Assembly: GCA_043228905.1 (NCBI GenBank)
Contig: JBHGNT010000003.1
Span: 1,488,001-1,552,000, forward strand
Direction: 5' to 3'
Length of the DNA: 64,000 bases
Source of the DNA: Azolla caroliniana
Lineage: Eukaryota > Plantae > Polypodiophyta
Part shown: positions 23,211 to 35,800 of the stretch, piece after piece
Layout of the letters: every line of letters begins with the position of its first letter
Numbering within the stretch: the first letter of the stretch is position 1
Made by a program: the position numbers and the translations under genes
Notes under the pieces: generated by a model
What the model saw: only the letters and a program-made list of their open reading frames with translations
Database searches by the model: none
Told to the model about the DNA's origin: nothing

Positions 23211-26200
23211 ATGAAGAGAGGAGGAGGAGGAGGAACAGGGGAGGTGAAGACAGTGGTCAGAGGAGGAGGATTCTTAGTGGATCCCAATCTTCCTCGATGG
23301 ATGTGCCAATTCTGCAGACACCCCCTCTGCATCGTTGGTGCGGAATCATTCATGGACCCATCGTTTCGCCCTCCAGGTAAGTTATACCTGTAACCCTAAC
23401 CCTAAATTTCCACAACAATCTGGAATTTTAACTCTCAGCACAGAAATATCTAACTTAAACCCATGACCTTAAATTTCCTTCAAATTTAGTTTTTTTTTTT
23501 TCACCTGAAAGAACGTTAACTCTAAACGATCTATCATCACAGGCATATTGGGTTAGAAAAATCCTAAACCCAATGCCATTATCACATCCTCGTGGAAGAC
23601 AAATCATGATCCCAAAACACTCCCATTATCACGGTCTTCATGTAAGGAAAACCCTAACCCTAACCTGAACCTATTTCTCCGAAGGCTGTGGCAATGTGTT
23701 GACCCTAATTTAAACCCTAAACTTAACCCTAAATGAAACCATTGTCACACGCATCCGGTGAAAAAAGCTCTAGCCTGAAGTGTAGCACGACCCTTGAACA
23801 AAAATATTATCACTTTATTTAGATAAGATTAACCTCAACCGTACAATTTCAGGTTTCTTCAATTCTGTCTTATGGTAGCGATTTTCTTAACTTCTTTCTA
23901 TCATGAAGGAACACCTTCTTCAACTCATGGGGGGCCTGGCAATGAAAGAATGGATCATTCCTTTGTCATCCTACAGAAGAACAGGGTTCAAAACCCTAGT
24001 TTTCCACCTCCCCGACCCCGCCCACCTTCAAATGTGGGTAATATGATAACGTCAAATCAGCTCCCTCATAATCAACAGAATCAACATAATCAAAGAAGCA
24101 GTCCCGGAGAAGGTGTTCCATTGAGATCTCTCGATGAGTCTTTTGTAGTTCTTCCATCTTCCGCTGCTTCTATGTATCGGTTTGAACCCACATCCACCAT
24201 CTCTGAGGGTCTTGGCATACATCATTCCACTGGTGTTGGTGTTGAAGAAGGTTCCAATATTGTGAACCCAGTGAATTCAACCTTCAATGCAACTTTCAAT
24301 GCTAATATACATGTCCTCACTCGTGTCTTCGATATCGCTTCTTCTCAATCACAGGTGTTTTGCAATTAATCTAATTTTTTCAGGTAGCCAAGCTTTTATG
24401 TTGTATGATATGATATGATGATTGTAACAATTGTGGGCCTCATAGGCCATGTTGGCATCTTTAGAGGCACTATATGAACTTGCTTTCTGCATTCGTTCTT
24501 TCTTTGTGTTGGCTGTTTCTTTCTTGTCATCATTTTTTTTCTTTTCATTGGTTGTTTCTCTCTGTTGTTTCTTTCTCTTTGTTGATGTAGTTTATTTCTC
24601 TTTTTTGTAAATGTCGTTTGTTTCTCTTTCTGGATGTTGTTAGTTGCTCTTTGATTATGATACTATGGTGAATGAATGAATGGCAGGTTGAACAACCACT
24701 TTGCCTAGAGTGCATGAGATCATTATCTGAAGAGATTGACAAGCAAGGAGAGGAAATAGCCAGGGATATTAGAGCATATGAAACATATCTTGCCACATTG
24801 GAGAAAGAGCAATGCAATGCTCTCAGTGAGGAGGAGTTTTTAATGGAAAAACAAAAGGTCGAACATCTTAATTAACTTTTTTGATTACATCCATCTCATA
24901 TTTATATCTATATCTTTATCTACCTATGACTGCAAAAAATAAATAAATCAGAACTTGAGTCTAGTCTAGTGCTTAATACATTAGCAGAGGGCATGAACAT
25001 GCATGCCTAGGAATGTGTAAGGGTATTGTGCAATGATGAATAAAACTATGGCCTGATTCGTCTAAGCATGTGTACCAGGTTTTCACATTTTGATTTTGAT
25101 GACTCCTCTGTTGCAGCTTCCAGGATGAATTACTATTGTAAACTCCCTTGTAATGGAGTGGGTACTCATAAAAAATGGACTGTCTATTGATTTTTAAATG
25201 AATATTCTTTAATAACAGTCTGCTGAGCTTATAGGTGCCCCATTTCACAATAAAACATTGTGTATGAAGCATACACTGTATCAACTAAAGTAAGATGATA
25301 GGTGAAGTTTAAATAAAAAGAGATCAAAAGATGCAAGCTTGCAAGTGGGCAGGGAATTTGAAAAACCTGAAATGTTGCTATATATGGATGGGCTTATTCG
25401 CATGTTTATTCACTGTGAAGTGGTTTAGCATACTTTGGAGGTTTTAGCACTAAGTTTGAGATGAGAGACTTAGGTTTGATGCATTATTGTCAGGGACTTG
25501 AAATCTACAAAGATCCGAAAGCAAATTATTTTCTTAGGTTGGTGGTGGCATAAACTCCCTAGTTAGGCAAGTAGAGTATTCTGAGCAGGTTCTCTAACCA
25601 TCAAAGAATCATTGAACTGTAAAAATCCAAGTGCTCTAGTACTTGAAGGGTACTCTTGATTATGTTGGATGATACTTCTTTGATAGAGCATTGGGCCGAG
25701 ATTGAACTGGAGATATTAGTTCAAGGAAATAGGTTGCCGTACATAAGAAAATTGCATGCACAGTGCTAAAAAAACTATCTCAGAGGTGTGGTGAAATCCG
25801 GAGACTATAGATGGTTGGTACCACTCTCTTGAAAGCAAGAACATTGTTCCAAGGCCCAAAGGTGTCTTGACCTTCCCACATGGCTATTAACTATTGTACA
25901 GAAAACAGAGAATGTGCAGATAGTTACACAAGTTATAGCTGCAGAGCACAGAAGTATGATTACAGCAAAAGAAATGATACACACAGCTCATGTGATCCTA
26001 CAGGAGTGTATACAAATCCAACTTAGTGGCTTCAACTGTGAACTAACCTCTGAACTCTCTCAGGGTTCCTATAATACCTTATACCCATCCATTACATTAA
26101 CTGCACCACCCTTCCCATTCACACCTAAACTCCCCTCATAAGTGCTTTAATCGTAGCAACTGCGGCCATGGCCATGACAAGACCAATAAGACATGGTGAG

Positions 26201-29200
26201 TATCCTGCATGCATGATCTAGTGACGGGTGTATCCACCGCTGCATGTATATAGAGAGGTCCTATCTTGCCCTTCTACAGCAGATCAAACTATCAAGGAAC
26301 TGAAGGCAGAGGCGCCATTCAATTCTAAAGCAAGGAAGATAGGGACCTAGGTGCAACCCAAGGCAAGTCAGGTCTCTTCTTTACATCCAACTACCTGTCC
26401 TGTGTTGTTTTGGATTTCTACAACTAACTTGTGACAGGCTACCTCATAGCTAGTGTCTGCCAACCTTGACACTGACAATAGAGTCTGATGGATTTGGTGA
26501 CTTCATTCCACCTACGGGAATCTTCACTTGTACTGATCTGCATCCTCATTTATACAAATTTTGGTTTGTTCCTCAATGTGGTGAACAAACCTTCAACATT
26601 CCTTAAAGTGACAGAACTCCCTTGATTCACTATTTGTTGTCTTTATTTGCTGTCCAGGAGCCATTTGTCTCCCAATGCATCCTGCTTGAGCAGACCTTAG
26701 TGGGGCTTGTGAACTTAATACTATCCACTTCCTCTATTCTCTCACCTTCAGGTGAATGCTCAGAAGCCTTCTTGTACAACCTTGATTTAGAATAAGTAGA
26801 CCCTCAGCTTTTCATTTTGTAGCCATGTGTCATATATCTTTGCTTACCAGCTTTGTGACACATTCTGTTGAAGGGTTTCTTCTTTGATTTATACATTTTC
26901 ATGCCAATTCTACACCATACTTCACCTCAAAGGTACTTTATCCTTGTGATAAATGCCTCCACTTTCTCTCCTTCCAACATCCACTTAGAGGTCAATTGAT
27001 TCTCCAAATTTTGAACGATCGTTTCAATTGACATCTCACATTCATCCTGCAGAAATTTCCAGGCATTTGCTTCCTTCAATGTGTGCTAAATCATTGTCAA
27101 CACCAAATCAATTATTGCATGGTAATTGCATACATGGTGTTCTTATTCCCCATCTCCATGCTTATAAATACTATTGGGTCATTATTATTGGGTTCTTTGG
27201 ATCTATTATTCCCACCTTTCTTAATCATTGTGCTGCCTCCAATACCGTGTTAATGATTGTGTGGGAAATAGATACGTGGCATAGAAAGTTAATCAACACA
27301 TGTAAACAATGGAGAAGACAGATTTATACTATAATGGCAGATTGTCAAAGCTGAGGGAATCATACACCAAGAGCTATAACTTATGCTCACATGCAATCAA
27401 ATAAGAACAACTTTGTGGCGTCAGTGAGAACTAACCTTTTGACTTTCCTTAAGGTTCCTATAATACAGTATGTGTTGAGGTAATGGCAAACCCATCCATG
27501 CATTAACTGCACCTCTCTTTCTGTTGACCATACTTTGGAGGTCAAAATGTTTTTTGGATTTTGCTTCATCAAGAGCACCAACATCATGTAGTTGCCCCAA
27601 TTCCCACATCCACAAATCAGATGTCTAATGGTGGCGTCATATCCGTCATGGACCTGGTCAAGGTATAATGTAGCTGCCTTGGATTCAAGGGGCTATTGTG
27701 TGGACTTTGGTGATCTAAGCCTACCTCCTTGGTTGGATGCAATTAGTGATTAAAGGGGTTCACGTTTCTTATTATTGGGTATGAAGAAGGTTGGATTTGT
27801 GGCTGCATCTCCAGCTTTACATGTTTTTCTCCGTGGTGATAACTCTATGATAATTTTCACGAGAATAGTTTGACTACATAATCTATTTCATCTCATCTCA
27901 CCAATATATCAAACGAAAATTATTCAAGTCTTCATTGTTTCAGATTTTTGTGGAAAGTAATATGATATTCACATCTATAAGAAGAGGAAAAATGCATGTA
28001 ACCTTTGGTATGGCATAATGTTCATTATGCTTATCAGTACACAAAGTCTTTAGAGAAAATATGCTCTATTTGTGTATTGCTCAGATAAATTTATGCCAGA
28101 GATATATTGACAATGAGCTTAGCTAACTATTTCTTGACTTTTATTAAGGTGGAGGAGGAAGAGAGGAGGATTGAGGCAATGTTGGAAGCTGTTGAGCGAC
28201 AAAACGAAGAGGTAGTGATGCAACTTCAAGAGCTTGAACTAAAAACAAAGCATTTTCAAGGACTAGAGGAGAGGTTTGTTTAGTTGTTGAAAATTATCAT
28301 GTGTAAAGCATTTTATGTAAGCCAATAGACTATTTCATATATTGCTTAGGGAGCTTTTTTCCGTTGTAGATTTTGGCACGAATTCAACGATTTCAAGCTG
28401 CAGCTAACAGTGCATCAGGTTGGTAATTTTCTGTAATAGTATAGACTATTTATATTTAGTTTAGGGAACCCAACATAATGAAGGTTAATAATTTCCATGT
28501 ACTGTTGATGATTTGTTAATGTTAGTTTAGGGAACCCAACACAGTAAAGGCTGATATTGATGATTTGGGTTTGTTTAGAGGAACCCACAAGGTGTAGGTA
28601 CTAGAAGTTTCCTGTTCCAAGAGTTCATTGTTATCTTCATTTAAAGCAACAACTTGCTTTATGTGATGCCAAAGCACAAAGTGGTCTAATTACGTGTCCA
28701 CTGACTCTGGCTATTAAGTTACTTCTTCCAAGTCCTAGATTTCGGTCTACAACCTTTTAAGTTCACAACTTTCAAGTCAGAGGGTTTGTTACACTTAACG
28801 TGTTTCCTTGCAAACTTTCGTTTGAACACATGTTGAATGGGGACTTTTTACTCTTGAACTTGCTCGAACTCTTTAATGGTAACTTATAGATCGATCGTTT
28901 CTTTATGGCAGGAAGAGAGGGATGCAGTGCTTGCAAAAATAGAAGTTGCAGAAGCCCAGTTAGACATGTTAAAGCGGGCAAATGTATTGAATGATGCATT
29001 CCATATTGACCATGATGGAGATTTTGGCACGATAAACAACTTCCGTCTTGGCAGGCTTTCTAATGCCTTGGTATGATTTTGCTAAATGATTTTTGAATAT
29101 AGTCTATGCTAATGAACAGCTACATATAGTCGATGCAATTTTTACAATGATATTTTCTTATGGATTATTTTGCCAGACTTCTTTAATATTTACATGTCTT

Positions 29201-30661
29201 TTGATGATATTAATATAACAATTCATTGCCTTTTCATTTCTTAACTTAATTGTATTAGGTAGAATGGGAGGAAATAAATGCTGCTTGGGGTCAGGCATGC
29301 TTGCTTCTCTTTACTATGGCGCAATACTGCCATTTAACATTCACGTAAGTTTCTGATTTATGTCTCCAATATCATGGGTTTACTGCCATTTTCTTTTTTG
29401 CATGGTCATAATCATATGCTCTAAACTTCAAAATATAAAATGCACCACAAAATCTATTTTTTACTGATTGGTTTCTCTGGATTCATCTCTTACCAATGTT
29501 GTTCTGAATGCTGGGACGTCATCGTATCCTTGTGTTATGAAATGAAAAGCATGATTATGAAGTCTATGTTTTTGTTTCAGGTATCGAATAATGCCGATGG
29601 GAAGTTATCCCCGGATTGCCGACAGCAAGAATACATATGAATTGTAAGCTGCATACCATTTTAGTCCAGTTGGTTTCGACTTTTCTTTTAATCGTAATGC
29701 AGGGGTCAATTTTGACTATTTCCAAGCAAGGAGTTGAACCTCTTGCCTATGTACTTCAAATTTGGGCATATTATGCTGTTTATTTTCTTGATCTTTTAGT
29801 ATATATCAAGGAAACTAGACAGCCTGCTATTTGCCCAATGGCTATTTTTCAGCTTATTTTGAGAATTATTGGTTTTTTATGATCATGATTTTTTAATCAT
29901 TTACCTAAGTTCTCCTTTTTTTTTATCCCCATGTAATAATAATCACACTCTTCAACCTTATGTTTCTTATCTTTGTATGATCGGAGCTCAGGTTTGGACC
30001 AGTTAATCTGTTTTGGAGCACAAGATACGATAAGGCAATGACACTGTTCTTAGCATGCATCAAAGAGTTCGCAGATTTTGCTTGTGCAAAAGATCGTGCA
30101 GCTAATCTTCCTGCTGGAATGTGCTTTCAACTGCCATATAAGTATGTTTTCTTGAGTTGCCAAAACTTATTTGAACATTACCATACTAGATGATTCCAAT
30201 TTCTAGATGAGAAATAAACTACTAATATATTAAAGTGCATTATAATAGTTTAGAAGCATCACATGATATATCCTAGTTTTTAGTGTTTTCAGAAGTTTAA
30301 ACAATGTTGAAATATGCTTTTCTTTAAGACAAAAAAAAGGTAATCAATCCCATTTCCTAATCAGTGGGAATTGTGTATTTGCTGCACTTTTGTTTCAAAC
30401 CTGACCAACATACTTTCGTCATGTAGAATCGAGAATGATAAAGTTGATGGCCTTACTATAACACAAAGTTTTAATCGGCACGACAAGTGGACCAAGGCTC
30501 TCAAATATATGCTATGTGATCTCAAATGGGCTTTGTATTGGTTGATTGGAAACACAACTTTTCAACCTCCGGCTTCGACGTTGGCATCACAGGGACGGCC
30601 GCGACTGAGAACAAACAGTGAAAGCAGAGCGCCAACAAGGATGCAAAATGCTAGCAAATGA
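23211..30661 (+). CDS. ATG6: Beclin-1/ATG6; exons 23211-23376, 23909-24354, 24687-24857, 28149-28273, 28370-28418, 28912-29070, 29259-29344, 29581-29643, 29992-30141, 30427-30661
   Basis: [103 protein letters not shown]; splice phases consistent. Confidence 0.95.
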
Positions 30662-32596
30662 AAATCTTAGTCAAATTTGGCTGATAGACCAGCAAAATGT
30701 CTGAATGATGTCATTTATTAGGTCGGTGTGTGTTTCCAACAACCAACCTTTGTATATAATAGCAATGTAAAAAATGGAAGATTTATTTGTTTTAATAAAG
30801 CATCAATTATTGAAACCAATTTACCTCAGATCCATCTTGAATGGAATGATTGAAACGCCTCACTGCTGAAGGCTTGAAAATGTTTTATGCAAAGATAAAA
30901 AAATCGATTGCCTAAGGCCATAATTTTACCAAATGTTTTTGTTGAGCATATTTGGGAAACCTAACGATCCATAAATTGTAGAGTATGCCACGATTAAGGT
31001 CATACAATTGTTCTAGATGGAACCAAGATGCAAGCTCAGTGGAACTTTTGTAATGAATCAAGGGATGAGATGTATGTCCAAAATAGATGTTATCCGTATG
31101 AAAAAAGGATGGTATAAACTATGTCGGTTTAATATGTACATATGGAATCATTGAGAAAAACAATGGAAAATTTTGAGTTAATATGATCATTTAGATTTAG
31201 GCATGCAATTATCATAAAAGTAAGAAATATAAATGTAAATGTTAACCAATTTAACAAAGAATTGTAAGGTGCAATAAATTACCCTATTAATTGTCTCCTT
31301 AATGTTCTGAAATCTAAAACATGCAATTACACACGATAAGGAAATATGTGTTATGGTCCATGAGTCATAAGCCAACACAATTGCATCTAGGGAATATGTG
31401 AACAAATGAATTAGAAATAAAATGGAGAGTTATATCTAGCTAAATAGTTTTGTAGTTCAACTTGATGCTTAGTGTTGTTTATGTGGAGTGTCCGCATTGG
31501 TATAGCCCTTTGCATTCTGATGTTAGATTGACATTATTGTAAGCAATTAGAAATTATCTATGTCGTTTTTTGTATATTAGCTTAGCTCTTTGAAAATACG
31601 CCACGTTTGTTGATGAATATTTAACATGCATAATCTTCAACAAGGTGAGAAAAGCTCTTGAATGATTTAATTGCATCATGCCAACAATCAAAGCTTGGAA
31701 ATGATCATCCGCTCATTCATTCAAATGTGGTTATAATTTCATGGGCACCATCAATATAAATGGCAATTAGGACTTTTACTCGAATTGTTGACCTATGCCA
31801 TGTGTGGTTGGTGATAGAGCTAGAATTTTCATGTATCCTCCCTTGTGTTACTTGGTAATAATAGAGTGCAAAATCCTCTCAATGGTTTATAAGATGGGGA
31901 ATATAAAATCTCTTAGGGCTCTTAGATGTTGCTATGAATTATGTGATCAGGGAGGATGGATTGGAATGTTACATAGCAAATGTTAACCTTCGATATCAAG
32001 GCTTGAACTCATGCGTGAGAAATATATTACTCCCATCCTAGTTACAGAGCTGAATTTAAGCTCACCCCCAAGCAAGAGAACCGAAGACGCGACGATGTGT
32101 ACGACTCTCTGCCATGTCATACACGCAAGTTGGGATCAAGGAACACAAGTTCACAGAAACATGAGTGAATGTCTAGGGGCCACGAGATGATCTTGGGGAT
32201 GAGGTTCGACCACGTGAGGGACCAGGGTCTTTCAATATAATTATATGGAGTGAGATTCCATATGACGTTTTGATCGTGCAAATGTGATTGCAAGGCACGA
32301 GCTCACGTGATTATGGCCGGCCGGCCACTCCCGCTTGATCGCCCATGACATGGCCACTTGTCCTTTTGAGAGAGATGGCCACTTGTCCTTTTGAGGGAGA
32401 TGGTCAGGTCATGAAATGAATGGAGCTTTGTTCCATCCTGAAACATTTACTTGGCTACACAATAATCACAAAGTGGCTTCTTGTATGCTTTATGCATAAA
32501 CCCTCTCTGTTTACACCCTTCAATGCAAGAAAGAGTTTTTGTGGTTCTCTGCTTCTTGTATGCATAAACCTCTCTGATTAATAGAAGAGAAGAAAC

Positions 32597-32742
32597 AGAG
32601 AAGAAGAAGAAGATGACGATGATGGTGATGGTGATGGTGATTAAGATGATGAAGAATTAATATTACCCACTTGGAAGAAGAAGAAGAAGAAGAAGATGAT
32701 GATGATGATGGTGATGATGAAGAATTAATATTACCCACTTGG
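32597..32742 (+). repeat. (GAA)n/(GAT)n tracts and a duplicated GATGAAGAATTAATATTACCCACTTGG upstream of SEC24
   Basis: Read directly. Confidence 0.8.
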
Positions 32743-32859
32743 GCATCTCTGAATGTGGTAAGGTCTATTTCCCCTGCTTTGGGCCGTCATATATGATCAA
32801 TGTTTTTGCCAAGCTCTGTCCAGTTTCTTCATCAGATTAGATAGGGAAAATTTTGAGAG

Positions 32860-35800
32860 ATGGGTTCTCAGCATAATCCATTAACAACAGGCCAACAACG
32901 CCCACAATATGGATCACCATATCCATCTTCCATCCCTTCCTCAACTATGGAAAACCTTCCCTCTGGTATTCAAAATCTCAACCTCGGCCAAACAAGTATA
33001 ATCGCTTCTCAACAACAACATGCATCAGAGGGAGGTATGCATCCTCCGACATCGTCATCATCATCAGTGATGGCATCATCTCCTTATGTACCCGGAAGCA
33101 TGACATCATCATCACCGGTGGTGGGCATGCCTGCTTGTGTCCCTGTAAGCATGCAGTCATTGCCGGCATCATCAACAGCAGGACCATCTCTTCACGGACC
33201 CGGAAGCATGATATCATCATCAGGTCATTCTCTTTATGGCTATGGAAGCATGCCGCCACCACGAATACCATCATCAGGACCGCATTCTTCTGTTTCTGGA
33301 AGCATGCCACCATTGGCGATATCATCGATGGGTTCAACGACATCATTGGTGGGCAGACCTCCGTATGTGCCGAGAAGCATTCAACTGCCACTAACATCAT
33401 CGATCGGGCAACCTCCTTATGTGGTGAGAAGCATGACACCACCACTGACATCATCAGCAGCTCCAATCCCATATCCCACGAGAAGCATGCCCCTAACTAC
33501 TCATGTACCTGGACCCTCCATATCATCAGTGGGTCTGCCTTCTCATGTACCTGGAAGGCCAATACCGTCACTATTGCAGTCACAGTCACAGTCACAATCA
33601 CAATCAGGTTCCTTTGTGGGCCCCCCTTTTCTGGTGCCTCCAGTGGTGACTTCAGCTCCATCCTTCGTGGAACCACCTCTTCCTCCACAATCTGCTTCTA
33701 CTTCGTCAGCATCATCATCGTCAATTAATGGGCCTGCCCAACCTCAAAGGAGGGGTCCTCATTATCAACAGAGTACTATAGCCCAAGGACCTATTCAATC
33801 ACTCCCAGGTATCAGGGAAAGAATCAGGGGTTATTTATCACCAAATATTTAATTTTTTTAGATTTTTGAAAATTGTAGGCTATATTTGTGCACAATTACT
33901 GGCCATCTATTGCCAAATGGGTAATTTTCTTGAAATTATTTGCTACTTCTGATCCCAAATGTTTTGAAGTTTTGCCAAATTTCACAATAGAGTAAGGGGC
34001 AAGTAATATTTGCCAAACAAGAAGCAAAATACTGTGAAGTCCAATTTTCTATACTTTATGGCTCCTCTACATATAACCTTGCCTAATTGTTTATAGTTTA
34101 AAAGTCCATGAGGTTCCTTAATTCTTAACCCTGGTACAAGGTACCCAATTACATCAAGATAATGTTCCATTCAATGATCCTGCTTATCCAGGGATTGGAT
34201 CTACCATGATGCAGTCTAGACCTCCTGGTCAACCTCATGTAATAAGTGGCCCTGGAATGTATTCCCAAAGACTTGCAGTTATTACACCGACTGCAAATAA
34301 TGGCCCCAAGGTAGTGCCCCAAGGAGGAACATTGGTCTCCCCACCAATACCGCCAGCATGGACAGGAGCTGCTCCACGCTTTTCTGGAACACCTCATGTG
34401 AGTGTATATGAACTAACTCAGTGTGCTTGTAGATAAGGGAAGTTAATTTTGTGAGTGATTATGGACAATTTTTGTGTGCTTATAGATAAAAGAGTGATTG
34501 TAGACGAGCTAAACTGATTTGCAAGTGAAAAATGCGTGGTTTGTGACCATATATGTAAAGGAAGATCCCACACTTAAATCTCATTGAGGTTAGGCCGAAA
34601 TGAAACTAAATAAATTGATTGACTCTATGAGCAAAGGTATCTGATTGAGCATTTCATGATCATCAAATGAAATCTTGAATCTAATGATTGGATGATGTTC
34701 TGTTTATGTTGTCTCTGCCTTGCGTTTTTAAAGATCACCTCATTTCATTCCTGCAGAATTGGTCCACTGGGGTTTCAATATAATTGATGCTTCCTGGATT
34801 AGAATGTATCTGTCTTATTGCTATGTCAGAATGATAGTAGAGCTATGGCCGATACAAGGACATAGAAACCCTAGGTTTCGAATGGTGCAGACACCCAGTA
34901 GCCACTGTTTAAAGAAAAATGTAGAATGACTTGGGTAGGAGAATTAAGAGGATGGGGATTTTTTTTGCCCAAACCTAGTGCAAGGTCCAATGAAATAGAC
35001 TATTGTTGATCCTCTAATAATGTACCATATTTTATTTTCTCATTGAAGTTATTAGTTATTAACTTGTGGGTGCTTGTTTGTAAGCCTCTGTTTCACCTAC
35101 ATAGTCATGAATCACTATGTAGGCACCAAGTCCTCAGAATGTGCCAGGCAGAGGACCTCCATCTATGGGCCAATATGTTGCCCCAGGTATTTCTCAGCCA
35201 GGCTCACCAGCAGCATCAGGCGGAAGTCCATCTCATATTGATCCTACTCAAATACCTCGACCTCATACAACATCAACTATTATCAATTTTGAAACTAGAG
35301 TAAATGGTCAGGCAGTATCGGCTCCGGTAATTTTTTTCTACTTTTGAATTTGTGTAAGAATTGCAATGTTCCTTACTGACAGTTTATGCTCTTTATTTTG
35401 CAAAGTCTGCAACCAGTAACTTTATTGTGAGAGACTCGGGTAATTGTAGCCCAAGATACATGAGATGCACACTTAATCAGGTTAAAGATTTAATAAATAT
35501 TCTTTGGTAGGTTACTCTTTTGATTGGCCCATTTTAACTACTTCAATGAATTAGATTCCTTGTTCAGGAGATTTATTGGCAAGTTCCAGCATGCCATTGG
35601 CTCTCATTGTGCAGCCTCTGGCCTTACCTCATCCCTTAGAGGAGCCTATTCAGGTACACTATATTTACATCCTAAATTCATAGTTTGCATTCATTTAGAC
35701 TGACTTCATGTTGCAAGTTTTTTAGAAACAGCAAGAAAGTTTTGGGTTTGCAGATAGTTGATTTTGGTGAAAGTGGACCTGTTCGGTGTGCAAGCTGCAA

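Noticed and set aside
32978-33728. Overlapping ORFs in SEC24 exon 1
   Set aside because: Alternative-frame and antisense products of low-complexity coding sequence.
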